The notes below the pieces were generated by a model. That model was not told the DNA's origin. It saw only the letters and a list, made by a program, of their open reading frames with translations, and made no database searches. A stretch of 64,000 bases of DNA from Planktothrix sp. GU0601_MAG3 (GTDB taxonomy: Bacteria; Cyanobacteriota; Cyanobacteriia; Cyanobacteriales; Microcoleaceae), in NCBI GenBank assembly GCA_035193785.1, contig CP136572.1, positions 4,340,578-4,404,577 of the forward strand. The letters are read 5' to 3'. This document shows positions 33,001 through 44,011 of this stretch, piece after piece. Positions within the stretch are counted from its first letter, which is position 1; each line of letters starts with the position of its first letter. The position numbers and the translations under genes were made by a program.

Positions 33001-35228
33001 GAAGTGGCGAGTCGGGCTAAAAGTGAATTTCTGGCTACCATGAGTCATGAAATCCGCACTCCCATGAATGCGGTGATTGGGATGACCGGGTTACTATTAG
33101 ATATGAATTTAACCCCGGAAACAATTGGATTTTGTCGAAACCATTCGCACCAGTGGCGATGCTTTATTAACTATTATTAATGATATTTTAGATTTTTCTA
33201 AGATTGAATCGGGTAAATTAGATTTAGAAACCAATCCGTTTAAACTGCGAGAATGTTTAGAAGAATCCCTAGATTTACTTTCAGGAAAAGCCGCAGAAAA
33301 AGGTCTGGAAATTGCCCATTTAATCGAACCTTCTACCCCCCAAATTATTTTGGGAGATGTCACCCGACTGCGCCAAGTTTTAGTTAATTTACTCAGTAAT
33401 GCGGTGAAATTTACCGCCGAGGGAGAGGTAGTTGTTTCGGTGAAAGCTTCGGAGGTCACAAATCTTCCCCTTAATATTAACACCGCCCCAACCATAGCCC
33501 ATAAAATTTATGATATTCAGTTCGCGGTTAAAGATACTGGAATTGGGATTCCTGCTGATCGGATGGATCGTTTATTTAAAGCCTTTTCTCAGGTCGATGC
33601 CTCCACTTCTCGTCAGTATGGAGGCACGGGTTTAGGATTAGCAATTAGTCAACGATTATGTGAAATGATGGGGGGACAAATGTGGGTGGTTAGTCGATCT
33701 CAATCCGATTTTAATACTGACAATCAATCGTTGATTTCGACAATGACGGGCGATCCTCCCGATAATTTTGTTGAGGCGTTTGAGTTAAATACGGGTTCAA
33801 CTTTTTACTTTACTATTCGGGCGGAAGCAATTTCCAAAATTGAAGCGAATGAGCTCCCCGGTTTGCTAATGGGTAAGAGATTATTAATTGTGGAAAACCA
33901 TGGGATTAATCAAACGGTTTTAATTCGACAAGCTAAATCTTGGGGCATGGTTCCTGTTTCGGTAAAAACCGGACATGAAGCCTTAAATGTGTTAAAAAAT
34001 AATCCCGATTTTGATTTGATTATTTTAGGCATGAATTTGGCTGATATTGATGGGATTAATTTAGCAAAACGGATTCGAGATTGGGAACGAAGCCGTGCAG
34101 AAATATTCCCCGAACAGAAACCGATTAATATTACCTTCTTTAATTATGTGGTGAATACCGATTTAGTCAAGCAGGTAGAACGCAGTAATATTGATTGTGC
34201 CGGGTTTATTAATAAACCCTTGAAACAATCACAATTTTATAATACTTTGCTTCAGATTTTGGGTGAGTCTATAGAAAGTGCTATTCAAGAAACCTGGGAA
34301 ATCTTTAGGAGGATCGAATATCCTATCTGTTACTCCTTCTAGTAATTTAAAAATTTTGCTGGCAGAAGATCATGTTGTTAACCAAAAAGTAGCAATTCAA
34401 ATGTTACAAAGATTGGGATATCGTGCGGATATTGCTGGGAATGGATTGGAGGTTTTAGACGCTTTAAATCGACAATATTATGATGTAATTTTGATGGATG
34501 TTCAAATGCCCTTAATGGATGGTTTAGAAACCTCCCGTCGCATTTGCGAAGAATATGCCAATCGTCCCAATAAACCTTGGATTATTGCGATGACTGCTAA
34601 TGCCATGCAAGGCGATCGGGAAATGTGTTTAGCCGCGGGTATGAATGATTATATTACTAAACCTGTGCGTCGGGAAGAACTCGCCAAAGCCCTATCCCAA
34701 TGTCAACCAATTCAGAATGGAAATGGTTATAAATCCTTAGAAAATTTATCGAATTTTGCCAGTAACGGACATTCTAATTCATCCTCTGAATATCCGGCTA
34801 ATTCTAATGGTAATGTGCCAGAATCTTCGGCTATTGATCCACAAGTATTAGAAAATTTAAGGGAATATGATGATGATGATGATCCCTTTGTCAATAGCTT
34901 AATTCAGGATTATTTAGCCGATACTCCCCAAAAAATTGCCCAAATTCAAACGGCAATCAAAACCCAAGATATCCAAGGGTTAAAAGAAGCTTCCCATACC
35001 CTAAAATCCAGTAGTGCTCAATTGGGCGCCCTCACTTTTTCCGAGTTATGCAAGGAGTTAGAATATATGGGACGGGTAGGAATGGCCGCAGAAGATGGCA
35101 CGAGTCTGGAATGTTTTACATCGGGAAAAGCCGCCATCGGGTTATCTAAAATGGAAGCGGAATGGTTAAGAGTCAAAGCCACTTTAGAACAGGAATTATC
35201 TAAGGAAACCCTGAATGTACATAATTAA
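30033..35228 (+). CDS. Hybrid sensor kinase CBS-PAS-GAF-HK-REC-REC-Hpt (frameshifts ~30165, ~33125, ~34290)
   Basis: CBS pairs, PAS (RIHPQD), two GAF domains, [36 protein letters not shown] and HTLKSSS Hpt. Confidence 0.92.
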
Positions 35229-35315
35229 GAATTGTTTATTTTTGATGCTTAACTATTGACGTTCTTTTGTTAATTATTTAGAATAAATTATTAGGAAAAA
35301 AATTAAATTTTAAGT

Positions 35316-36366
35316 ATGATTCCTGTAATTTTGGCTGGCGGAAAAGGTGAACGGTTTTGGCCCCTAAGTCGGAAACATCGACCCAAACAATTTTTGAGTT
35401 TAGATGGTAGTGGGATTAGTTTATTACAGGCCACCGCAGAACGGTTATTACCTTTAACCGAAAGTTGGGAGGGTTTATGGGTGGTAACTTCGGCTTTATT
35501 GGAGTCAGGAGTTCAAACTCAACTCCCCCAATTACCCCACCCCAATATTTTAGCAGAACCGGAAGGACGAGACACCGCCGCCGCCTTGACCTGGACAACT
35601 TTAGAAGTAGCAAAACGTTATGGGGAAGAAGCGGTAATTGGGTTCTTTCCGGCGGATCATTGGATTGCGGAAACCGGAGAAATTTCGCCAAACTTTAAAG
35701 GCGGCGGAAGTATTAGCAAAAACCCAAGATGTGATTGTTACTTTAGGAGTAAAACCCACCTATCCTTCCACCGGATATGGTTATATTGAACAGGGGGAAG
35801 AAATTGGAATTTTTGACGGATTTCCCGCCTATAAAGTGGCTCGTTTTACCGAAAAACCCAATCGAGAAACGGCTGAAAATTTTTTAGAAACCGGGCGATT
35901 TAGTTGGAATGGTGGAATTTTTGTGTTTCGGGTAGGGGTGGTTTTAGCTGAATTAAAAACCTATGTTCCTGAATTAGTTAGTGTGTTAGAAGCTAAGGGA
36001 AAAGACGCTTATCCTGAGTTGAAAAAAATTAGTATTGATTATGCTTTAATGGAAAAAACCCAGAAAGCCTGTGTTTTACCCGTTGAATTTGGCTGGGATG
36101 ATTTAGGGGATTGGAATGGGTTAGAAAGATTATTAGGGGGAGATAAACCTAACGTAGAACTGGTTAAACACGTCGGGTTAGATACCACAGGGACAATTTT
36201 ATTTAGCTCTAGTGATGAGGATGTGGTTGTAACTTTAGGGATTGAGGATTTAGTGATTGTGCGGGATGGCAATGTTACCTTAATTGCTAAAAAAGATCGA
36301 ACTCAAGATATTAAACAGGTGTTAAAAACCCTCGGGGATGATTCAGAATTTCAGAAACTTTTATAA
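35316..36366 (+). CDS. manC: Mannose-1-phosphate guanylyltransferase (frameshift ~35670)
   Basis: PVILAGGKGERFWPLSR...PKQFL, EPEGRDT, TGYGYI, SIDYALME and GWDDLG. Confidence 0.93.
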
Positions 36367-36418
36367 GAGGGGAAAGGGGATAATTTTTGATTCCTAGATC
36401 AAAAGTTTCTCGAATCGA

Positions 36419-37456
36419 TTAAGCCACTGACCACAGGGTGGCATCTAAGGAATTTGTTAAAGGTGGAACCCGATCAATTATACCATATTCAGCCAGTTTT
36501 TCTGACATTTCTTGCCAACGGTTTGCCGAAATATAACCAATTTGATCGGGGTTAATTCCGTGGGTAAGATAATCAGCAATTAACTGTAAAGATTTAGTTT
36601 GATACTCTAAATTATGATATTTACTATCGGGTTTTATATAGGTATCAACCACAATTTGAGCAGTTTGATTAATATTATCAATGGCTAATTTCCATCCCGC
36701 AAAAGATGCTGTTAAAAACTGATTCACCCATTCAGGGTGATGGTCTAATAACTGTTGATGGGCAAAAATTACCTGCACATAGGCATCATATCCATAATCG
36801 CTAAATTTCAAAATATTGGGTTTAATTCCGGTTTTATATCTAAAATAAATTGGTTCATCAACAATATAACATTGAATGGCTGCTAATTCCCCACTTTGCA
36901 GTCGCTCATATTTATCTTGATAGGAAATCGGGACAATTTCAATGTTTTGGGATGATAAACCATTGGTATTAATTACTAATTCCATGATTTTTTTGATATC
37001 TCCATGAATACCAACTTTTTTTCCCACCAAATCCTTAAGAGAATGGATATTATTTTGGGGAATTGACATTAACCCTAAAGGAGAGGTTTGAAACATAGTT
37101 GCGATCGCTTTAACCGGATATCCTTGCACCTGGGCGGCTAAAATGATATCCTGTTCCCCACAGCCTAATATTAACGGATTCTCCGCTATTTGTTCAAATA
37201 CATTTCTATCTGAATTTACAGGTAGAATCTCAACCTTTAATCCCTGTTTTTGGTACAATCCATAATAATCTGCTAATAGTAACCCTGCAAATTGAACATT
37301 ATATTTCCAGTCCAACTGCATCGTTAAATGGGGAGTTGAAGTTGGAATAATATCAAGAATAGAGGTTGAAGGATTGGCTAAAATAGCCAGTCCTAAACCC
37401 CCACAATATTGTACAAAGTCTCGACGCGAAATTAATTCTATTTTCTGTTGACCCAT
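36419..37456 (-). CDS. NMT1/THI5-like ABC substrate-binding protein with Tat-like signal
   Basis: SRRDF twin-Arg; LDWKYNVQFAG, YQKQGLKV, DLVGKKVG and FLTASFAGW. Confidence 0.85.
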   Translation of the reverse strand: MGQQKIELISRRDFVQYCGGLGLAILANPSTSILDIIPTSTPHLTMQLDWKYNVQFAGLLLADYYGLYQKQGLKVEILPVNSDRNVFEQIAENPLILGCGEQDIILAAQVQGYPVKAIATMFQTSPLGLMSIPQNNIHSLKDLVGKKVGIHGDIKKIMELVINTNGLSSQNIEIVPISYQDKYERLQSGELAAIQCYIVDEPIYFRYKTGIKPNILKFSDYGYDAYVQVIFAHQQLLDHHPEWVNQFLTASFAGWKLAIDNINQTAQIVVDTYIKPDSKYHNLEYQTKSLQLIADYLTHGINPDQIGYISANRWQEMSEKLAEYGIIDRVPPLTNSLDATLWSVA

Positions 37457-37460
37457 GGAT

Positions 37461-38714
37461 TTAATAGTTGATTTTCGGTGCGCGACCGATGAGACCTGTC
37501 ATTAATCTTAATGCCAAATAGCGGAATATTTGCACCTTGGTTAATACCCCTAATCCCAGGCGGCGTAAACTGACTTTTAGAGCCCAATCTCCTGAGAAAG
37601 TTCTATCTAAAAAATCCGTTAATCCTAAAACAATTAAATTCTCCTTTTGTCGCCAACCTTCATACCGTTTTAACACCCGTTTTTGCCCAATATCCTCTCC
37701 TTTTTGGGTCGCTATTTTCAACACATCTGCTAAAGCTCCCCCATCCCGAATTCCCATATTTAAACCCTGTCCCCCCACGGGATGACAACAATGGGCGGCA
37801 TCTCCAACTAAGGCTAATCGGTGTTGAATATAGCGATCGCTCTGCATTAATTGTACGGGATAAACATAGCGATCGCTCAATAATTCTAACTTTCCTAATA
37901 ATCCTCCCGTGCGATATTCTAATAACTTTAAAAACTCAGTTTCATCTAACTCCTTTAAAGCCTGGGCTTCCGCATGGGGAGCCGTCCACACCACTTGACA
38001 GCGATTTCCGGGTAGGGGTAAAACTCCCATGGGGCCGCTCGGCCAAAACCGTTCAAAAGCAATATTTTGATGGGATTTTTCCGTTTTAATCGTCATGGCA
38101 ATACAGGATTGCCAATATTTCCAACCGTGGGTTTTAATTCCCGCTTCTTCGCGTAATCGAGATTTAGAACCATCGGCTGCTACAACAATTTTACTATAAA
38201 ACGTGTTAAGATTACCTTGATTTTCGATTTCAATTTCTACAAAATCAGGATGATAATTAACATTCTTTAAACTAGCTGGACATTGCCAAGAAACATTCGG
38301 ACATTGGGCTAAAAATTCATACATTGCCGATAAAATTATCCCATGTTCACCGACATATCCTAATTCATCTGTCCCTAAATCTTTAGGCAAAAATTCCACT
38401 ACCCGAGGATAATCAGAATCACTCAAATTAATCTGATAAAAGGTCGTAATTTTTGTGACAATTTCATCCCAAACCCCAATGGATTTAAGAATACGTCCCG
38501 TTTGCAAAGTTAAGGCATAAGCCTGTTTTTTACTAATGGCAACCTCTGGCCGTTGGGATTCAACAATTGTTATTTTCAACCCCGAATCTTTCAACCCACA
38601 GGCTAAAGTTGCCCCAACAATTCCACCGCCAATAATAACGACATCATAATCGATCTTGGGTTTTGATGAATCGACCACGGAAGATTGAGTTTGTGAACGC
38701 GACTGCACCAGCAT
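37461..38714 (-). CDS. FAD-dependent hydroxylase, UbiH/COQ6 family
   Basis: GGGIVG, AADG and LVGDAAHCCHPVGGQGLNMGIRD. Confidence 0.92.
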   Translation of the reverse strand: MLVQSRSQTQSSVVDSSKPKIDYDVVIIGGGIVGATLACGLKDSGLKITIVESQRPEVAISKKQAYALTLQTGRILKSIGVWDEIVTKITTFYQINLSDSDYPRVVEFLPKDLGTDELGYVGEHGIILSAMYEFLAQCPNVSWQCPASLKNVNYHPDFVEIEIENQGNLNTFYSKIVVAADGSKSRLREEAGIKTHGWKYWQSCIAMTIKTEKSHQNIAFERFWPSGPMGVLPLPGNRCQVVWTAPHAEAQALKELDETEFLKLLEYRTGGLLGKLELLSDRYVYPVQLMQSDRYIQHRLALVGDAAHCCHPVGGQGLNMGIRDGGALADVLKIATQKGEDIGQKRVLKRYEGWRQKENLIVLGLTDFLDRTFSGDWALKVSLRRLGLGVLTKVQIFRYLALRLMTGLIGRAPKINY

Positions 38715-38765
38715 TGTATTCTATGACTATATTTATAATTTGACTAGCTCTATTCTTACACAGTT

Positions 38766-38805
38766 ATCAGTCATCAGTGTAGAGACGTGCCATGGCGCGT
38801 CTGTA
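38766..38805 (+). repeat. GTAG-type REP palindrome
   Basis: GTAGAGACGTGCCATGGCGCGTCT; 37 bp identical to 42263-42299; related copy near 58410-58435. Confidence 0.8.
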
Positions 38806-38916
38806 TTAGTTTATTACCTATTCCCCATTACCCGCTAACCATTACCCATTCGTAATTCGTAATTCGTAATTGCTATATGTCACAATAGAGGGAGTAAAGC
38901 CTTAATTCGTGAGACT

Positions 38917-40003
38917 ATGACCTTATTATTAGCCGGAGATATTGGGGGAACAAAAACAATTTTGCGCTTGGTGGATGGGACAGAAATTGTCAAAGGTAGC
39001 CAAACCCAAGAGCGATTAAAAACCCTCTATGAATCCCGGTATTTAAGTGGAGATTATCCCGATTTAGTTCCCATTGTACAACATTTTTTACAAGAAGTAA
39101 AGGAACAATTGGGTGAGAATTTGCATCCAGAAAAAGCCTGTTTTGCTATTGCGGGGCCAGTGGTTCATCAAACCGCCAAATTAACCAATTTACCTTGGCA
39201 TTTAGATGCTCAATATTTAGGATCAGAATTAGCCATTTCCCGGGTAACTTTAATTAATGATTTTGAAGCGGTGGGATATGGGGTTACGAGTTTACCAGAA
39301 AGCGATATTTTAGTTTTACAAAAAGGACAGCCACAGACAGATTCTCCTATTGGAGTAATTGGGGCAGGAACGGGCTTAGGACAATGTTTTGTGACACCTT
39401 TACTTAATAGAATCAAAGTCTATCCCTGCGAAGGAGGTCATACGGATTTTGCCCCCCGTTATGAATTGGAATTTCAGTTAATGAAATATTTATTAGCCAA
39501 ACATAGTATTGATCGAATATCCGTAGAAACGGGTGGTTTCTGGGCCGGGAATTATAGCGATTTATCAATTTTTACGCGATACTGCTACGCAACGCTGGCG
39601 CGATCGCAATATGGCTAAAGAATCTCCAGAAATTAGCGAAATTGTCAAGGAGTGGGAGCATCAAATTGGGTTAGCAGAAGTAACAGTTGATCCCGCCGCC
39701 GCCATTTCCCAAGCTGCTTTAGAAAAACGGGATCATCTATCAGAACAAACCATGCAGCTTTTTGTAGAATCCTATGGAGCAGAAGCGGGAAATTTGGCAT
39801 TAAAACTATTACCTTATGGCGGGTTATATATTGCTGGAGGAATTGCGCCTAAGATTTTACCCTTATTAGAAACTTTTGAATTTATGCAGGCTTTTTCTAA
39901 TAAAGGACGCATGAAACCCATCTTAGCTAAAGTTCCTGTTTATATCGTATTAAATCCCCAAGTAGGATTAATGGGGGCGGCGGTTTGTGCCGCAATTTTT
40001 TAA
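38917..40003 (+). CDS. glk: Glucokinase (frameshift ~39528)
   Basis: LAGDIGGTKT, LINDFEAVGYG, GAGTGLG, EGGHTDF and GGLYIAGGIAPK. Confidence 0.95.
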
Positions 40004-40015
40004 CCGTTAGAAATA

Positions 40016-40043
40016 GTAGGGGCAATTTATGAATTACCCCTAC
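40016..40043. repeat. GTAG-type REP hairpin between convergent genes
   Basis: GTAGGGGCAATT...AATTACCCCTAC. Confidence 0.7.
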
Positions 40044-40053
40044 TAACCCCAGA

Positions 40054-40875
40054 TTATTTGTCTTTCCAACTAGATAATGGAGGGGTTTCTATTAATGCTT
40101 GACTTAACCGTTCATGCAAATAACCATTAGTGGCTAAAATTCGACCCGAACCGATTTTAAATGGACTCGTATCATAGGCGGTGACTTTGCCTCCCGCTTC
40201 TTCTACTAATACAATTCCCGCCGCCATATCCCAGGGAGATAAACCCCTTTCCCAATAGCCATCTAAGCGTCCACAAGCCGTATGTGCCAAATCAATTGAT
40301 GCCGCCCCACTGCGACGAACTCCCTGGGTTAAATGGGTTAAATAGGCAAATTCAGCATAATTATTATCTGCCGTTTCTCGACGATCATAAGCAAAGCCCG
40401 TAACCAGTAAACTTTTATCTAAACTATCAGTTTTAGACACATTAATTAAACGATTATTGCAAGTTGCTCCTAAACCTTTAGCGGCTTGAAACAATTCATC
40501 ATGGAAGGGATCATAAATCACCCCCACTTGAGGCACTCCATTAATTAATAACCCAATAGAAGCGGAAAAAAACGGATATTGGTGGGCGAAATTCGTGGTT
40601 CCATCTAAAGGGTCAATAGCCCAAAGATAGGGACTTTTTAAATCACCCAATTCCCCCGATTCTTCAGTTAAAATTCCATGGTCAGGGACATGACGTTCCA
40701 ATACGGCTAAAATCGCCGCCTCCGATGCCTTATCCGCTTCGGTGACTAAATCCCCAGACCGTCCCTTTTCTTGAACATCTGTTAAATTTCCCAAATAGTA
40801 TTTCAAAACAGCACCCCCCGCCTGAGCAGCTAGGGTAGCAACATCCAAAAAAAACTGTAATTCGTTTTTAGTCAT
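40054..40875 (-). CDS. suhB: Inositol monophosphatase family protein
   Basis: LVTEAD, WAIDPLDGTTNF, RRSGAASID and WDMAAG; start MTKNEL at 40875. Confidence 0.93.
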   Translation of the reverse strand: MTKNELQFFLDVATLAAQAGGAVLKYYLGNLTDVQEKGRSGDLVTEADKASEAAILAVLERHVPDHGILTEESGELGDLKSPYLWAIDPLDGTTNFAHQYPFFSASIGLLINGVPQVGVIYDPFHDELFQAAKGLGATCNNRLINVSKTDSLDKSLLVTGFAYDRRETADNNYAEFAYLTHLTQGVRRSGAASIDLAHTACGRLDGYWERGLSPWDMAAGIVLVEEAGGKVTAYDTSPFKIGSGRILATNGYLHERLSQALIETPPLSSWKDK

Positions 40876-42250
40876 CGAAAAAATGGGTCTGAAACCCCGT
40901 CCTTTAGCAAAGCGAAGGACGGCTTTACACAATCTTCTAAGTAACAATCAACCCGTTAGAAACGACGAATTAACTGTACTTTACTAGAAGCAATCTGCCC
41001 TAACCGTTTCCAGTTAGCATCGCTAACAGATACTTGTCTTTCGGTGTCTCCTGACACATAACCAACACCCTTGGGAGATTTAACCAAGTCCCCCTTACGG
41101 AATCCATGACGAGTTGTAGAACCTCCATACTTACGACGCACTCCGCCTTTTGCTGGGAGCATTAAGTGAAGTTGGCGACGAGAAAAAGGCGGTCTGTGAA
41201 TCACTCGGAATTGAGCAGTTGTAATTACAACATCACCAAACCAATTAGCACCATCAGTTTTTGCTGTATGATATTGGCGATACTCCACAAAAGCTGTTGC
41301 TGCAATAGCTACGCCATCAACTGCATGAGTATTAAATTCAGCCTTAGATTTGTCTGTTTTGTTCTTTTTTAACCCCAAGTATGTACGAGTTGATGAGGTT
41401 CGATAACCTTCAATCTTAACTACGGGTGCTAACTTTTCCAGTTGGTTACACATCCATTTTTGCCCAATCATGACAGGCGAGAAACCTTTGCCAGATTTCG
41501 CTTGTTTACGTCCACTGGTTAAGTCAACATCAGCTTTTACATACTCGAATCTAATTTCTGCAACTGGGTAGATTTTGAATAATTCGGAAACTATTCTCAA
41601 TTCCAATTGGCGATTAGCACGAATTGATGGAGCCAGTTTACCTTGGCGACGATTACTAAAACGTTTTTGGCGATGGTTGCGTTTTGAAAACTCAACCTTC
41701 CGGTTAATTCTTCTTCCTCTACGACCTCGACGCATTAATCGTCTTGTATCCATGCGTTCACGGACTGTCTGAAATGGCAAAATTAGATGAGCCGTATATA
41801 GTGTAAACTTAGCTGACTGAACACCGATCCCAGAGAATTTCTTGCCAGGGTCAATCCCAATCACAAGATTTTGGGTTGTGTATCCACTCGGCTCAACCGT
41901 TAATTGGAGATAAAATTGCCCACAGTCTGACCAGCGTTTAACTGCTTTTCCAGACTCAATCCACTTCCTAGCTCTCGCTGGTGTGGTTGGCATTAATGGC
42001 TTGTTGTCTTGAGCTACTACTGGGATTCGCATTTTGGTATAACCCAATTTCTTGTTTTAGTCTCTTCGCTCAACTCAATTAAGATGTTTTGGCTTTACCC
42101 AACACCTGAAACCAATCAGGTTTAGATTTTGTCCGAACTAGAGAAGTATTCGGAAGTCTGTACCCAATTGAGTCTCAATCAGCTATTCACTTCTTGCGTT
42201 GCCTAAATTGGTTTAAGCAATCCCCGCACTTTTAGGGCGGGGTTAGTGAA
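40876..42250 (-). mobile_element. Non-autonomous IS200/IS605-superfamily ISC-type element carrying isrB and omegaRNA
   Basis: Subterminal hairpins CCCCGCCCT..AGTGCGGGG and CCGTCCTT..AAGGACGG; no tnpA inside; boundaries uncertain by a few nt. Confidence 0.8.
40937..42032 (-). CDS. isrB: IsrB RNA-guided nickase (RRXRR/PLMP, split RuvC, no HNH); indel in the last codons
   Basis: PLMPT, RuvC-I GIDPG, Arg-rich bridge helix RRLMRRGRRGRR, RuvC-II FEYV and RuvC-III HAVD; ~360 aa with no HNH insertion. Confidence 0.88.
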
Positions 42251-42272
42251 ATTATTTCGGTAATCAGTCATC
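42045..42272 (-). ncRNA. omegaRNA (5' guide from flank plus ~200-nt scaffold) upstream of isrB
   Basis: Multi-hairpin non-coding region (CCGAA..TTCGG, CCTGA..TCAGG, CTCAATT..AATTGAG) directly upstream of the PLMP ORF, the known omegaRNA position. Confidence 0.75.
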
Positions 42273-42314
42273 AGTGTAGAGACGTGCCATGGCGCGTCTC
42301 TAATCAGTAAACAG

Positions 42315-42438
42315 TAATTAGGGTTTCAGCTTAAAATATTCCTCCTCCCCCACTCCCCCACTCCCCCTGCTCCCCTACTCCCCTACTCCCCCTGCTCCCC
42401 TACTCCCCCTGCTCCCCTACTCCCCCTACTCCCCCTGC
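42315..42438 (+). repeat. Composite repeat: 26-bp core plus (CTCCCCCTG/CTCCCCTA)n
   Basis: TAATTAGGGTTTCAGCTTAAAATATT is identical to 43732-43757. Confidence 0.85.
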
Positions 42439-42987
42439 TGTCGAAATTCCGTTGGTGTTAAACGCATGGGTTTCTCGGAGTTCCAAATGCCATTTCCCAT
42501 GAGTCGGGAATATTCTTGAGCATAGTTAAACCGTTGAGTATATTGAGTCTGGAAAACGGAAGTACCGGAGTTATAAATAGAGGCTGTTTCGGCTAAAACA
42601 TATCCCTCTTTCAGCAAATGTTCATTAATTAAAGTTCCGTCTAGCCAGATATAACCTGAGATGCGACCATAGCGATCTTTTGCGGTTAAATCTGCTTCTA
42701 ATAGGATTTTTTTACCCTCAGAAATTTGTTTTAAATGTTGTTTAGCTCTGATTCCCCAGGGATCTTGTTTTAGGTCGGGGGCAATAATTCCAGCGAGTCG
42801 AACCTGTTGCAATACCGGAATTTTACCCGTTTTATCGAGAATTTCCAGGGTTTGACCACTAATGACCCGTTCAACTTTGGTAAAAATGCCTTTCGGGAGG
42901 TCAGGTTGAGAACAACTGGTCAGCAGGAGCAACAAACCCAATACTATCGTGCCATACCATTTTCCTCGGAACCTGAAATCAACTTGA
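42426..42987 (-). CDS. Thermonuclease (SNase) family lipoprotein; start uncertain
   Basis: Lipobox LTSC, VERVISGQT, VRLAGIIAP, KDRYGR and INEHLLKEG. Confidence 0.85.
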
Positions 42988-43356
42988 TTAATCTTCGTCC
43001 AGGGGTAATCTGGTTTTAACTTTACCTTTACCAAAGTAGCGTCCGAACTGAAGTTCATACACTTCATCCTCGTCTTGGGTTTCCACAACTAAATCGGAGC
43101 GGGGATAACTGACACAGAGCAACGCATATCCCTGTTGCTGTAAGTCCGGGGAGAGTCCCATGGCCTCCGATTGCTGCAACTCCCCAGAAACCACCCGCAC
43201 CGCACAACTGGTACAGGCACCATTGCGACAGGAAAAGGGCAACTCCACCCCCTGATTTTCGGCACTTTGGAGAATATACCGATCTTCAGGAACGTTGACA
43301 TAAAAACGCTCACCCGTCTGACGATAATGAATTTCTACCCGATGGGAACTGGTCAT
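42988..43356 (-). CDS. 2Fe-2S ferredoxin-like protein
   Basis: LPFSCRNGACTSC...LLCVSYPRSD. Confidence 0.93.
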   Translation of the reverse strand: MTSSHRVEIHYRQTGERFYVNVPEDRYILQSAENQGVELPFSCRNGACTSCAVRVVSGELQQSEAMGLSPDLQQQGYALLCVSYPRSDLVVETQDEDEVYELQFGRYFGKGKVKTRLPLDED

Positions 43357-43441
43357 AAAAAAAAATTTTCTGAGATCTTGTTGACTTTCCAAAATTTATG
43401 ATAGTATATATTTTCGTGGGTAAAAATCAAATATTCCACCT

Positions 43442-43528
43442 GGAGAGGTGGCCGAGCGGTTGAAGGCGCGACACTGGAAATGTCGTTTAGGGGTGACTTT
43501 AACGAGGGTTCGAATCCCTCCCTCTCCG
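43442..43528 (+). tRNA. trnS: tRNA-Ser(GGA)
   Basis: GGAGAGG/CCTCTCC acceptor stem, CGACA-CTGGAAA-TGTCG anticodon arm, long variable arm, GTTCGAATC T-loop. Confidence 0.96.
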
Positions 43529-43731
43529 TTTTTATAATGAAAGGGAACAGGGAACAGGGAACAGGGAACAGGCAAGAGGTGAAAAGAATTCATTTTAGCT
43601 TGCTTGGTAGTCTTTGTCCTGATCCCTTTATCTGTTGCTATACAAGCCGAGTGGGGAGGTTCTAGCTGGCGCGAATAATCTAATATTCCCTCCTGGCTAA
43701 AATCCTATAAAACAAATTCCGCAAACAGCAA

Positions 43732-43876
43732 TAATTAGGGTTTCAGCTTAAAATATTTCTCCTCCTCCTACTTCCCCTGCTCCCCCTACTTCCCCTGCTC
43801 CCCCTACTTCCCCTGCTCCCCCTGCTCCCCCTGCCCCCCTGCTCCCCCTGCTCCCCCTGCTTCCTGTACTTCCCTT
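43732..43876 (+). repeat. Second copy of the 26-bp core plus (CTCCCCCTG)n composite repeat
   Basis: Matches 42315-42438. Confidence 0.85.
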
Positions 43877-44011
43877 GTTCGGAAATTGCGATCGCTAAAT
43901 CAGCAACAACCGAACCCAATCCTGTTAATAACTTTGATACCCTATAGGTTAGGGAGCATATTATCCAAAAACGATTAGCCCAGGGATCACTGTATTGAGG
44001 AGAGGGGAAGA

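Noticed and set aside
40876..40947. N-terminal extension of suhB in the ORF track
   Set aside because: It is read from the IS end hairpin; the family-like sequence begins at ATG 40875.
43442..43528. tRNA-Ser as the attachment site of an integrated island
   Set aside because: No integrase and no duplicated tRNA 3' end were seen; the neighbours are core genes.
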